DNA from: the human T2T-CHM13v2.0 reference genome, Homo sapiens
NCBI RefSeq assembly: GCF_009914755.1
Contig: NC_060926.1
Strand: one strand, 5' to 3'
DNA: 64,000 bases
The notes under the pieces are model-generated. The model did not search any database, was not told the DNA's origin, and worked only from the letters and a program-made list of their open reading frames with translations. The first letter of the stretch is position 1, and each line of letters opens with the position of its first letter. The position numbers and the translations under genes are program-made. Shown here piece after piece: positions 23,842-38,600 of this stretch.

Positions 23842-25309
23842 CAGGCTTTCTCAAGATAGGGAGGAATGTCTCTCTCAAACGTCCCTCTCAAACATCCCTT
23901 CCCTTCTTGAGACAACATACCTAGGTCAGGTCACAGAGCGGTGCTATGCCAGTAGCTCTAAAGTTTTGATGAGCTCGTGCAAATACATTAAAGATGAAAA
24001 AAATCAATAATGAGCGAAACCAACTCCTTCTTTTCTTAGAAAATGTCCATAAAATTTTTGAAACATACTACCAGTTGCTAGGATAAAGAAATTTTATTAC
24101 TAAAGAGTAAATTTGCATCCACAGGATGTGGTACTACATGTTGGCTTATTTAACTTTGCTTGCCAGTGGGCTGGTGCCCCACTTTCCCTGCCCTTGTTTT
24201 CTCTTTCTCTATAGGGAAAGAATATTTGATATAGCAGCTTACATTTGATACCCTTTCTGTTTCCAGGTTGACCCATCCATCCCACATACCCAGACTAAAT
24301 ATTCATGCTGAATCTCCTTCCAAACTCCAAAAGGCATTAGCAAATACAGGGTGTGTTATCTAACCTCCCGTGACCCTAACTAACTGTGCTTCCTCTGTCA
24401 TCCCAAAGCATCCTCCCTTTTAACCTGTATCGTGGCTATATTCTGTATTTACCAGAAGAGATTTGAATTGTTGACTTGCACATCCCTCTCTCCTCCTAAA
24501 ACATGAGCTCGTGAAAAGCAGAGCCAATGATTTCTTCCTTTTTTGGAGACTTGTTGAATGAATTGGACTGCCGAATCCCTCCCATCTCCATGCTTGCTCT
24601 CCAGGACCTGTGTCTCTCCCTCAGTTGCTCTAGTAACTCCTTCTCAATCCCCTACACTGGGCCTGCTCTTTGCCCAGTTTGCCAGAAGACCAGCATAGTG
24701 GATATCATGTGTGAACCACTTGCTGGGGTAAGTCCCGGCAAATCACCTTGAGACATAGCACAGGGTTTGGTCAGATTTCAAGAGTCATCGTTTTCAGCAT
24801 GTTCACTGCCTAGTTCCAAACACTTACTGCCTCTAGGCCATTGCATTACTTGGAAAGTGAATTTGTCACTTGCTGGTTATGCTATTGCAGGACAGTCTGC
24901 TCTGAGTTCTTCCAGGTCCCTGAGTTCCATTTGTTTTTGGGGTCCTACACTGTAAATTCCTTTCTCCTTCCCTTCCACCATCTCTCTGCTGATGTTCTCT
25001 TCTTGGTGACAACCATGCCTAATATGTCACAGTTGTGTCCTTGCCTGGAGTGCACAGCTGGGGACAAGTAGCAACAGGTTTTATTTGTTTGTTTGAACAA
25101 CTCAAATAATCTGTTAAATGGTCCCTTTGTGTGTCTATAGCTCATGTATATGCAAAGACATGGTGTGATTTCTGCTGAGTCTAGGCAAGGCACAAACGTT
25201 CAGGAACAGGAGCTTCTCAAATGAAGGAAGTTACAATTATTGCAATTTGGTGACCCTTTCTTTCCAGAGTAAACTTGACATTCCGTTGTTACTAAAGGTG
25301 CTGTGTGTT

Positions 25310-25612
25310 GGCCGGGCACAGTGGCGCACGCCTGTAATCCCAGCACTTTGGGAGGCCGAGGTGGGCGGATCACAGGGTCAGGAGATCGAGACCATCCTGG
25401 CTAACATGGTGAAACCCTGTCTCTACTAAAAATACAAAAAAAATAGCTGGGCATGGTGGCAGGCACCTGTAGTCCCAGCTACTTGGGAAGCTGAGGCAGG
25501 AGAATAGCGTGAACCCGGGAGGCGGAGCTTACAGTGAGCCAAGATCGGCCACTGCACTCCAGCCTGGGCTACAGAGCAAGACTCCGTCTCAGAAAAAAAA
25601 AAAAAAAAAAAA
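25310..25612 (+). mobile_element. AluY-like
   Basis: GAGATCGAGACCATCCTGGCTAAC and GCGTGAACCCGGGAGGCGGAGCTT diagnostics; TSD ACTAA(A/C)GGTGCTGTGT. Confidence 0.92.
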
Positions 25613-25629
25613 CTAACGGTGCTGTGTAG

Positions 25630-26000
25630 TGATAGCAGAAGCTGTCAGCGTCCCCTCTGTTCACCTCATAGGTTACCTGATAGGTCCCTTTCTGGGTGTA
25701 GGATCTTGCTCGGCCAAAATGAACACGGAGTAGACAGAAGCAAGAGAAATTAATGCCCCAGGGGTGCCCCTCAAGCAGTGACGAGTTTTCTAGCTCTGTT
25801 GTCTCCTGAAAATAAATTTTGAGTTATTTTCTACACAGTCTCATAGAAGATCCCCAGTGGGACTGAGCCCCAAATGTCCAAAGCAGTGACCCACTTATCA
25901 AGTCACCCTCTATTGACTTTTCTCCTTTCCCTCTCTCACTTCTGCACTCCTCAAATAAGCTTGCACTTAAATCCTTGTCTCAGGATCTGCTTCTAGTAAG
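25630..26000 (+). mobile_element. LTR16-like ERVL LTR
   Basis: CCCCAGTGGGACTGAGCCCC and 3' CAAATAAGCTTGCACTTAAATCCTTGTCTCAGGATCTGCTTCT. Confidence 0.65.
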
Positions 26001-28959
26001 CTGAAATTATCCATGCATGTCCAAATGTGTAAAAAACAGCAAAAGCTATGCACTCTGACTAACCACTCACTATTCATGATTTAGTAGGTTGTGGTCCAGG
26101 ACTGTGAATCTTATTGTTAAGGGAAAGGGGTTAAACTTAATGTGCCCATCTGTATGTGCTCTAGAATGTGCCAGATGTTTTATATACATACATAGTTTTA
26201 TTTCTTCATAATGGTACTTTCCTCCTGCATTCAATGTAAGAATTAAATGAGATAACATAAAGTGTTTGACATGGTGCCTGGTCATTTTTATTTTTGTTAT
26301 TGTCATTTATTTTCTATAAACAAATTGAGGCTCAAAGAGGTGCAATATATTCGGATTTATTTGCATATGGACAATATGCATTGGATAAAGGATTCAAACC
26401 CAGCTTTGTTTAATTCCAAAGTTGGCCACACTCTCTCTATGCTGCCTTCCATTTTTCAATGATGGTTCAATCAACTTAATTTACAAATGCAAATGCTTTT
26501 CCTCTGAAGTGTCAGATACTCCTAGGCCCCTTTCAGCATTAAAATAATACCTTGTCCTCATTTAAATAGGCTGCCATCCTCACATGAATCATCACACAAC
26601 ATGTTTTTCTTTAAGAGTTCCACTATAAAAGAGCAGTCTTCACCAAATTCTCCACTGGCAGGGATATATTTTAAAATGTCAAATCTCTAAGAGAAGAAAA
26701 TAGATTCATCTCTATTTCTGTCTCCCATCCTAACAAAATCCAATTATGGTAACAATAACCGCTCATCTGCTTACTATCAAGATCAGCCAGTATTGGGCTT
26801 TCAAGATGACAGATGACTCAAGTGTCCCCACATCACCCTTAGAACAGGGCCTACCTTTCTGCAGAAATGTTTGGCAAACTTTGAGTAATTATTTTAAAGA
26901 TATTGCAATACCCACCAAAACTCATCTACATTTTTAGTTTTCATCTGACAGAACACAACTAAATTGATCTGATAATCATGTGCCCAATGTGTTCTTTTTT
27001 CCTATGTTGGAAATAAATTTTTGATTCTTATTTAGAGACTCTGCTAAGGAAGAAGAGTTAATCCTATATCCTCAATCCAAGAGATCCCTCTTCTCTCTGG
27101 GACTGTGGCCTTTGATTAAACCCAAGACTTTCAGAGAAAATTAATACATACCTAGCTAGCATTGGGATTTAGCCTTGGGATCACAGTGATGTTGCTACTC
27201 AAGAAATAATTCTCATTACAAAAACAGTACTGGCTTATTAAAGAGCATTTGGAAATACATTGTCAAAAGAAATAATAGATGGAGTGGGGAAGGGGTTAAT
27301 TTCCTATAACCTCCATCACCAAAACACACTTACTTAAAACAGTCTGACTTGCCCCCAATCAACGTGTTCACGCATTTTTCTAATAACAATTATTTTATGT
27401 ATTCAGTTTTGTTTTGCTTCTTTAACTCAACCTTATATCATAAACATTTTTATTATATATTCTTTGAAACATCATTTTCAAAGTATTTGTAGGATTTAAT
27501 TAAGAAGATAGACACAGTTTACTCAGTGATTAACCTGTGATTGGATAGCTTGGTGGCTGCCAAGTTTTTGGTATTATCAATGTAGAGGTGTGAATTTTCT
27601 GTAGTTAGAATTATTTTGTTAGAATCAAATTTTTTAAATTTCAATAATATTCAATGATTGATGTGGCTGTGAAATTATCTGAACTGGCTTTAATTCGTAA
27701 TGTACTATTGACAGGTTTCTAAGCTTGCTCAAGCATCAGGAAACCAGTTGGTAGCTATTAGTATTTCTTAGCAACAACTCATTTCTTTTTTCCCTCAACA
27801 TGAAGAAGAAAATTAGACCAGGGAAATATTGAGTCAACCTCTAAAATTTGTTATTATACAGCTTAAGTTACTATCAGTGCTAAAAAGGGGGAAAAAAACA
27901 TACTAAAATGTTAGGGTAAATTTCAGACCACAATATTTGTCAGTTAGACCTTGATTAGAGATGATTTCCTGTCTATTCCCCAATCTAGACTGTTTTTAGA
28001 TCAGTTTACAGTCTAAAATGTTAACAAATGATACAGAAGGCCAAACTCAAACTGTAAATCATCCATTAAAGATAGAACATCCTGTGCTTATCAGATCTAG
28101 TTGCTAAGTACCCACTCTTTATGACTCAGGAGCCCACACAGACCCGAGGCGCCAGCTGCAGTTTGAGATAGCAGACTGGGGAGACAGCAATACTAATGTG
28201 TTGAAAATGGATGAGGGGAAAACTGTCCCGGATTTTCAGGTGGTTCATACAAATGAGGTGAGGAAAACATTCAACAATGTGAATGGCGTATTCAACACTG
28301 GGATAGAATGAGGTGATAGCCCATCAGGAACAATCTAGAACTTGTCTTGAGCTGCCAGAGGATATTTCAGGCACAAAGCATTCATGCCCTCTCCATGCTG
28401 TGCAACTGCATTTTTTCCCTCCCAAATCCCACCCAACATTTATTTAAATAGAACCCAAAATAAATAGGTTATTTAACTTGGCATATTTTTTCCTATGCAA
28501 AAAAAAAAAAGAAAAAGAAAGAAAGAAATAGTTACACCTAAGCTGGAAATCACAGTGGTCTCAGGATGACTCTAGAGCCTTGGCTCAGAACCAGTCACCA
28601 GCTGTGGGGCCTCAAGCCAACTGGTAAGCGTTCTGTGCCTCAGTTTCTTCCTCTTGCAAAACAGGCTCTCTCAAGTGTGAGGATTAAACAAGACAAAGTA
28701 TGGAAGGCACTTGGCCCAGTATTGGGGTCATGATATGTACGTAATCAATATTAGTGATGATGGCTCTTCCTTTCTGGAGGTGCATGGGCTATTATCTCAA
28801 CATAGAGAGGGCATTTTCTATTGCATTCCTTTTTATCTCCCTAAACACAGACAGGAGGATTATAATGAAGATTCTATACCTATTTACTATATTGAAGAAC
28901 CTGTGCTTTAGAATGGCATGCTCCTCTTCAATTTTATCAGAGAGCTTTGAATACGAGCT

Positions 28960-29235
28960 GTTAATTTTCAGATACTTAAAAGGGATAATGTTGTGACTAA
29001 CAGCTGTGTTTCTGGAGTCCTGTGGAGCTGAATCTGAATCCCTAATTTTCAACCTACTACTTGGGCAAATTAGTTCAATTCTTTGTGCTTCAATCTCCTC
29101 ATCTGAGAAATAGGGATGGTAGAGATACCTCCCTTATTGTGTCTTGTGGAAATGTCAGAAATAATTTATTTAAGTGGCATAAGGCATGGAACCTGGAATA
29201 TAATAAATCCTTCACAAATGTTAGCTGTTTTTATA
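28960..29235 (+). mobile_element. MIR
   Basis: TTGGGCAAATTAGTTCAATTCTTTGTGCTTCAATCTCCTCATCTG core. Confidence 0.65.
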
Positions 29236-29849
29236 TTAGGAATTTAAGAGGTAAAGCGGGAAAGGTTAAATAAGCAGAACTATTTGAAAGTATTGCCCTC
29301 CACTGTTCTTTCAAATCAAGACTGTCTCTCTATTAATTGAAGGATTTAGCAATATAAAGTCATCACAACTTTGGTCAATCTGTACATATTCTTGTGACTT
29401 TGGATAGTCATATATTGGACTGATTACAGAAGAGTCCCATCTTCGAATGGTCTGTTTTAACAAAAAGTGTTGTAATACTAGTCAAACTAAAAGCTTTTAT
29501 ATACATCTTACCAAAGGAATTGTTATATAACTGCTATTATATTAAATAGCATCAATATGTAATCATCCAAACATTACTTTTTTACTTTGTCCCCACCAGT
29601 GTCTTAAGTTTTTGTGAATAGCTCTGAATTCTTATTACCTACTAGTACTTTCTACTTCCAAGAGTCTTTAATTCTTTCAATTCTTTCAGGAAGAAATAAA
29701 AGGACTTCTCTGGGTGAATTCTACTTTAAACTAACATCTGCTCCAATGTTTCTGGCTTGTTTATTGTCAAGCTACTGAATTGCCTCTTCCTTCTCTCTCG
29801 GCCATCCACTTTTATTTTATGTACTGTCTGTATTTTTAAGTCTAAGCTG

Positions 29850-31465
29850 TGTTTCTACCGATAGAAAATCCTTAAGAAACTTGTGGGCTTCCTATGTATA
29901 TCACAGAGATTCACTTCATTAGATGAGAGGCTTCTCTACAGATCTTTCCTAGATAATCCCATCTCTGTTTTTAACTTCTGCTAAGATGCCTGAGGAGATA
30001 AGTAAGTCATACATTTAATCTCTTCAAATAGCTTTTTTGTAAGTGAACATTCTGACTTTTTGCAATATGAATAGGCTGAGAATTTCATGAACATCAATCC
30101 TGGTTTCTCAGTGTACTTTTTTCCTCTTTTTTTTAATTTTTATTTTTATTTTAAGTTCTGGGGTACATGTGCAGGATGTGCAGGTTTGTTACATAGGTAA
30201 ACGTCTGCCATGATGGTTTGCTGCACCTATCAACCCATCACCTAGGTATTAAGCCCAGCATGCATTAGCTATTTTTCCTAATGCTCTCCTTCCCCCACCT
30301 AACCCCCCAACAACCCAAATGCCCATCAATGATAGACTGGATAAAGAAAATATGGTACATATACACCATGGAATACTATGCAACCATAAAAAGGAATGAG
30401 ATCATGTTCTTTGCAGGGACATGGATGGAGATGGAAGCCATTATCCTCAGCAAACTAATGCAGGACTATATGTTCTCACTTATAAGTGGGAGCTGAACAA
30501 TGAGAACATATGGAAACAGGGAGGAGAACAATATACACCGGGGTCCTCTTGCATTTTACTGGAGGCTGCAGAAGTCACAAGGCCACACCTTTAATGCACC
30601 ATTTGGAATTTCCTCAGCCAAATGTCCAATTTCATCTTTTATAAATTCTGCTTTCCACACACCTGTAGGACACAATCCTGATAAGTTTTCCACCACTATA
30701 CAAGAATCCCTTTCCTTCCAGTTTTCAGTAACATGTGCCTCTCTTCCTTCCACACCCTCACTAGCACAGTCATTAACATATAGACTCATATTTAGTTTGT
30801 TTAAGACAATCTAGGCATTTTCTATCATCCTCAAAATTTTTCCAGACTCTTCCTGCTGCCCCGTTCCAAAGCCACTTTGGCATTTGTAGACATGTGTTCC
30901 AGCAGCACCCCAATCTGTTCATTTTAGTTTCCTATTGCTGCCATAACAAGTTAGCACAAATTTAGTGACTTAATATAAATTTGTTATCTTGCCATTTTGT
31001 TTGTCGCAAGTCTGACATAGCTCTCACTGGGCTAAAATAGTGCATCAGCAGGGCTGCATTCCTTTCCAGAGGCTTTGGTGGAGCATCTGTTTTCTTGCAT
31101 TTTCTAGCTTCTAGAGGCTGCCTTTACTCTTTGTCTCATGGTCCCTTCCCTCTATCTTCAAGGTGAGCAATGAGGGTTTAGCATCTTGCACATTGCATTA
31201 CTCTGACCTCACTTTTTTATTACGCCTCCTCGTCTGACTCTGGCCCCTCTGCCTCCCTCTTCTGCATTTAAGAACACTTGTGATTCCATTGGACCTACCT
31301 GGATAATCTAGGATGATCTCCCTATCTAAGGTCAGCTGATTAGCAACTTTAATTCATTTGCAACTTTAATTTTCCTTTGCCATGTAACCGAACATATTTA
31401 CAGGTTCCAAAGATTGGGACATGGAAAACTTTGGGGGTGGGGGTAATTATCCTGCCTACCACAAC
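29850..31465 (-). mobile_element. MLT1D-like LTR (~30920-31465) plus MLT1-int remnant, interrupted by L1PA
   Basis: TTAGTTTCCTATTGCTGCCATAACAA...AAGGTCAGCTGATTAGCAAC...ATTATCCTGCCTACCACA; the adjacent CTTCCTGCTGCCCCGTTCCAAAGCCACTT...CAGCACCCCA is typical MaLR-int. Confidence 0.75.
30129..30543 (-). mobile_element. L1PA (about PA8-PA13) 3' end with 5' inversion
   Basis: 30129-~30308 is antisense poly-A plus 3' UTR; ~30309-30543 is sense ORF2 end (QPKCPSMIDWIKKIWYIYTMEYY); TSD TCCTCTT (30122-30128, 30544-30550). Confidence 0.88.
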
Positions 31466-32056
31466 ATCTATTCTATCAAATTCCAAGTCATGAATGCCTC
31501 CAACTTTCCAGGTCTCCCTGGAGGTATAGTAGAATGTTTTCAACTGACAATTGAGGGCTCCGAAAGACATCTCCCCACATTTAAGTCTCTCCTCTCCAAT
31601 CTCTGTTCTGGTTTCCTGGAAGGCGTATGCTTAAGTGTGTGTGTAATGCAGAGTTTAGAAACATTTAGACAAAGGAATTACAAAGCTAAATTTTGGCTAG
31701 CAGTCAGAGTGAAAATTCTGATGTTTTAGAGAAGCACACTTACCAGATTTCTTAAAAGGTCAATCCTCAGTGATTGTTGTATCTAACATAATTTAATCTA
31801 AATTTTTTTTTTAGCAATCCAAATGCTTTCTCTCTAAACATTGATGGTAAATTAGACGTTTCTCTGCCTCTATAATTTTTCCCTCTCTTCCCAGGCAAAT
31901 GGTGGATACTTATTGCAAATTTGGTAGGTTAAGAGTAAAGAGAGATTTTTTTTCCCAAAAATATTCCTATTTCTATTTGGTTCTACCCTACATTTAAAAA
32001 CACATTAACTGACACAAACAAACAAAAAAGCAGTAATAGTATTTAAAAATCACCTG

Positions 32057-32330
32057 GGCCAGGCACAGTGGCTCACGCCTGTAATCCCAGGACTTTGGGA
32101 GGCTTAGGTGGGTGGATCACCTGAGGTCAGGAGTTCGAGACCAGCCTGGACAACATGGTGAAACCCCGTCTCTACTAAAAATACAAACATTAGCTGGACA
32201 TGGTGGCGGACACCTGTAATCCCAGCTACTGGGGAGGTTGAGGCAGGAGAATTGCTTGATTCACCACAGCGGAGGTGGCAGTGAGCTGAGATCACACCAT
32301 TGCACTCCAGCCTGGGTGATAATAGCAAAA

Positions 32331-32365
<35 letters not shown>

Positions 32366-32390
32366 AGAGAGAGAAAAAGAAATGAAAAAG
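32057..32390 (+). mobile_element. AluSx-like with (CA)n/(GA)n tail
   Basis: Dimeric Alu; TSD AAAATCACCTG on both sides. Confidence 0.93.
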
Positions 32391-34719
32391 AAAATCACCT
32401 GTAGTGCAAAAGTCCATAAATTCAGAATATGTTAGGTTCAGAATGTGTAATAGTCAACTGGAACCAAATTTGGCATAGTGTTGATAATTTAGCCATGATT
32501 ACCCACTAATTTCAACTAACCCAAGTTTGTTTATATACTCTGACACAGTATATTTTGAATAGATTTAGTCATGTTTTAAGATAACAAGTTGTATTTACCA
32601 TGTGTTTGAGTAATATCATGAATACATCATGTGAGCCAGCAGCTATTCCTTAATTGCCAGAGCTTTAAGAAATAGTTCAACCTTTTAATCCACTATTTTG
32701 TGGTTAGGCATATCCCTCATAAGACACTACATTGGTTTGTACTGATGCCTGTACAAGCTTTTACCTACTTGCAAATCCTAGCAGTAAGTCAATTTACATT
32801 CTATAATCATGTCACATTCTCATTTTAAGTATCCTTTTTAGATCTCACCAATGTGAAGAAATATATGAGCGTTCATCATACAATCTTGGATTTGCTCTCT
32901 ACCTCTCTTTGAAAGAGGTGGAAGCATTAAGACTTATCTTACTAAATTGCAGGTAGCTACTATTGGAAGATTTTTACTGATGGCTCTAGATTAATAAAGT
33001 GCAATCGTATTTTGATTTTATGATGACATCCATTTACCTTCCTGGGATGGAGATGCTATCTATGTTTTTTACCCTTTCTCTCATTAGCACATTGATTTGT
33101 TTTGATTATTGATGGCAACTCATTTCTCTCTTGCCTGTTTCTATTTGCATGGAAATCAAGGAAGAGAGCCTTGAGGGGTTTATAGCAGAGGCATTTAATC
33201 TTGGTGCTTGCAGACTCATGGCAGTAACTTTGAGAAAATGGTTATGATTGCTATCCTTGAGTTTCCTCACTTTCGCCTTGCTCTTAAACTCCTACCCATC
33301 TTAAATTTATCACAAAATGGCCCACTGCAGTTTTACGTTGTGAACTGGAGGGAATAGAAAATCCTTTCTCTATAAATGAATTTTACTGCCATATAACCAC
33401 TGGTAAACTTGTAAATAAAAATACCCTAGATTCAACACTGCCTTTCAAAAATGAATGCCTACTACCCAACATTTTAGAGTTTTTGAGTATTGGATGAGAA
33501 AATTGGCCTGCTTACCCACTGAAACATTAGAGCTCCCAAGCTAATTATTTTGTACCAGCGTATTGTTTAGGAGTTTTAGAGTTGCTTCATTGATTTTAGC
33601 CAACATGTATTTTCTATAAAGAACTCAGTAAGTGAATAGAAACGGGAGATCTGAGTCAGAGTGGGAAATTGCAATTTTATGTTCTCTAAAACAGAACAGA
33701 TTTTTGGATTTTCCCCTTGAATAGAAATGCATAGGGGGAGAATTTGGTCTAAGCTACTTAAAATACAGTTCCATGTGGACTGAACAAAACAGTCACCACA
33801 ATTTGGTTAAATCATTAATCTTATTCAGATCAATTATTAACAATAACCACCGACTTCTGTTGCCCAAAGTAGATTTTACTTCATTGTCAAACAAATGTCA
33901 TTAGATATTTACTTTGCTATGTTAATATATTAATTACTGTTAATTTCTAAGACTATAGCTTTAGGAACATATATTTATAGAAATACATATACTAATTTTA
34001 AAAAGTAAATGAGAAAATCATATTCTTTGTGACTTCTGCTTTGAACTCTTTAAGCACTAAGAGTCAACTGATCTCAGCACCAAAATTACAAAACAAAATA
34101 CATTAGCATCAAAGGATTTGTTCATCAAATTGGTTCACAGTTGCTCTGTAGAAGACTATTGCATCTATAATGGAGGAAGATGAGTAGTTAACTGGATACT
34201 TCAGTGATTTGCACTGATTCTTTGCCCCACCAAGTGAAAAACTGCATAGTTTACATGCTGATGAACGACCACAGACAATGAATTATGTTACAAAATACTT
34301 TTATTGCATACTTGTTATATACAAGGACTCATATTTGGTGCTAGGGAAAATATAGAGATTAATAAGATCGAGAAATGAGTAACCTGGGCCTGAATTTAAG
34401 CGTATGAAAAAAAAGAAATTAGTCATCATGTTTTTTCTAATTCAGTAAGTTTAAAAAAAGAAATTAATAATCGGAGTCTCCAAAAATAACTCTAATTCAA
34501 AGTAAGGGGAAGTGCTTAGCATGACATTGATGTACAGATTTTATAGCATGGGCCTACATCAAAGTACTGAAATAGTGAGGTAGCAAGTTTGCATGAATCT
34601 TGGAAGAGAAGGTAACGTCTAATGAAATGGCTAATTTTAGACTTCAACCCACAAGCAGCAAGTTGGTGTTAAAGAGCAATGCCCAAACTGAATTAAGGAT
34701 AAATAAATACTCAATTCTG

Positions 34720-35488
<769 letters not shown>

Positions 35489-35866
35489 TGATGTTTAGGC
35501 TTTGTGTCCCTACCCAGATCTCATCTTGAATTATAATCCCCGCAATCCCCACGTGTCAAGGGAGAGACCAGGTGGAGGTAATGGGATCATGGGGACGGTT
35601 TCCCCCATTCTGTTCTCGTGATAGTCAGTGAGTTCTCACAAGATCTGATGGTTTTATAAGGGGCTCTTCCCCCTTCACTCAGCACTTCTCCTTTCTGCCA
35701 CCTTGGGAAGAAGGTGCCTTGCTTTCCCCTTAGCCTTCCACCATGATTGTAAGTTTCCTGAGGCCTCCACAGCCATGCTGAACTGTGAGTCGATTAAACC
35801 TCTTTCCTTTTTAAATTATCCAGTCTCAGGCAGTTCTTCATAGCAATATGAAAGTGGACTAATACA
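35489..35866 (+). mobile_element. THE1D-like solo LTR
   Basis: TGATG...GTGTCAAGGGAGAGACCAGGTGGAGG...GGACTAATACA; perfect TSD GAAAG. Confidence 0.92.
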
Positions 35867-36097
35867 GAAAGATATACCAAAATGATAAAGGATGCTGTTC
35901 TTAGAGATAGGCTTTGCCTGCACAGAGATTTTTTGGAATTGATCTCTGGGATTAGTCATCATGGAATAGAGGGAAGCAAGACTGGGCAAGGGGAGAAGCT
36001 GTGCTGCAATGTGGTTGCAATGGATGCTTCAGACAGTTCCACAGGGTGTTCCAGAACAGGAAGGGCCCTTCAGAGTTTCTCCAAATTTAGACAATGA

Positions 36098-36447
<350 letters not shown>

Positions 36448-36530
36448 TGAAGCCAGAACTTTTATAACTACACCAGAACTTTTATAACTACACCAACCAG
36501 CCATTAACCAGAGCCACCCCTACAGGGTAT

Positions 36531-36797
36531 GTGCAATAGACTGAACATTTATGTCCCCCCAAAATTTGTATGTTGAAATTTTAACTCCAAAGATGATGGT
36601 ATTAGGAGATGAGACTTTGGGAGGCAATTAGATGATGAGGGTGAATACATCATGAATAGGATCACTGCCCTTATAAAGGACCCCCCAGAGAGCTGGTTTG
36701 CCTCTTCTACCATGTGAAGACACAGCAAGAAGTTGGCAGCCTGAAACCTAAAAGAGTGCCCTCACCAGAACCTAACCATACTGGCACGCTGATGGAC
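36531..36797 (+). mobile_element. MLT1A-like LTR, 3'-truncated
   Basis: GACTGAACATTTATGTCCCCCCAAAATTTGTATGTTGAAA...CCTCACCAGAACCTAACCATACTGGCAC. Confidence 0.8.
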
Positions 36798-37849
36798 TAA
36801 GATAGAGTGTGAACTTGGTGAAGCAATACCCTGCAGCTAAGGGCAATTTCCAGTTTGGGGCAAAGCTATGAGCTGTCTGCAGCCAAATTCTCCATAGCTG
36901 AGGCATGGGTGCATAGCCATGGCAGAGGGTTCTGAGCAGATTACCATAGTGTCTTCTATGAGCACTCATTTCTAATGATGATAAATTACCAGTGATTTCT
37001 CTTCCTCTCACCCCCGACACTCTCTCTCTTTTAAAAATACATTAGAGTACACTCCTTTTTCTAGTATGATTTTGTTGTACAATCAGAATATCATTGTTAA
37101 ACGTTAATATAAAAAAAATTAACTTAGTCAAGCCTTTGCATTTGGAGCTCTTACTTGAATCTCCTTAGTTTTATAAAACACTGGGACAAAAGAGATCAGA
37201 ATTTGGCTCAGTAGTCTTTACCAGACATTATTTTCACAGTGGCACAAATAGCTTTCTTTTTCATAATGGCAAGAATGACACTTTATGAAACATGAAAATG
37301 AGATTGTTATAATGTGTTGTGCTTCCAAAGACTAAATATTAGTTGCAGATATCATTAGTTGCAGATATCATTATAAAGCTTTTCACCATTTTCATCTGAG
37401 AGTCAGTCAGTTGGTCATCCATTCAAGATTATGGCCAATAGAATGAATGGATTTGGGGTGCCCTTTCCTCTCCCCTGTATCTACTCAAATAGCTCAGCCT
37501 CAAACCCTCGTCTCTGAGGTTTTCCACAAGTACTCGTGCCCCACTTAATAACACCTTTCAGTGGACTCTTATGGCATTTAGTTCACATAATTCTATAGCC
37601 AGTACTGAAAGTAGAAGGTCATCTGTCTTACAAACCAGGCAAAAAACTGGGAATGATGAATGAAGGACAATGAACACATTTTTTCATTCTACCTGATTTT
37701 GCTAAGGATGAACCCTGGTAGAAAAGAGGCATTATGTTGCCTCTCAATAGGAGCTACTCAAGAATTTTATTATTTCAAGTGGGAAACAATGAAACGTTCT
37801 GAATTAGCAATGATATGAGAACAACCTGTAGTGCCTCCTACCTCCTCTC

Positions 37850-38600
37850 TATTTTCCTCAGGGACAGCAACATGGCCCAGTTAGAAGGTGTGGAAATGAC
37901 AGTGCGTGTGGACAGTGAAGGTGTGCGCAGTACAGGAGGGTATGCCAGCATCTCCAGGATGGGTGGCCGGTGTGATATATTCCTCCTTCCAGGAGATCTC
38001 CACTTATGCCACTTTCTAATATCCCTAAAAAAATAGCAACAATTGAAGGTGGTTGGTATCAATAGAGACCGCCCATCTGGCAATAATCGTGGAGCCTTTC
38101 TTACACTATTTTTTTCCCTCAATATTTCTAAGGGCAAATGTTCTATGTGTGGCAGGTTTCTGTCGATCTCATCCCCTACTGCGGGTAGGAAACTCCTTAG
38201 ACCAAGCATAACTGACACTGAATTGTCCTCTGCTTATTCCAGGGTAAGGAGGACATCTTGTACAGCAGCAGTGACCAAAATGAGGGTGAAAGCGGTCTAC
38301 CATAGAGTGGAATAGCTATATAATTCCTGACCTCATGTGAGTCCCTGAGACTGAATGCTTCCTTACCTGTATTTCTCCTTCTAAAAATCTACCAGCCACA
38401 GATACTAGGGTTAACTCTGAAGAATCACCCATCTTTGTTTTCACTTTCAGTCTTCATTTAGATGGAAGTTTGAGCCTGTTCTTCCTTGGAGGAATGTTAT
38501 GCTATATTGTGACATATGAAGTGACCTTTTCCAAAATGTCACACACTAGAAGAGGAGAGAATTTCAATATTCTCAAGCTCTGCTTTTATGTTGAATAGTA
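37850..38600 (-). mobile_element. Putative ancient non-LTR retrotransposon RT remnant (CR1/L2/Crack-like)
   Basis: Degenerate RT motifs in the expected order on the minus strand: KLPSK*RL, LTLVSVAGRFLEG, YSTLW*TAFTL, VQDVLLTLE*AEDNSVSVMLGLRSFLPAVGDEID, PDGRSLL, SGDLLEGGI. Confidence 0.4.

Noticed and set aside
37838-38218. 126-aa minus-strand ORF as a host gene exon
   Set aside because: No recognisable host protein and in-frame stops just upstream; better explained as a decayed RT remnant or chance.
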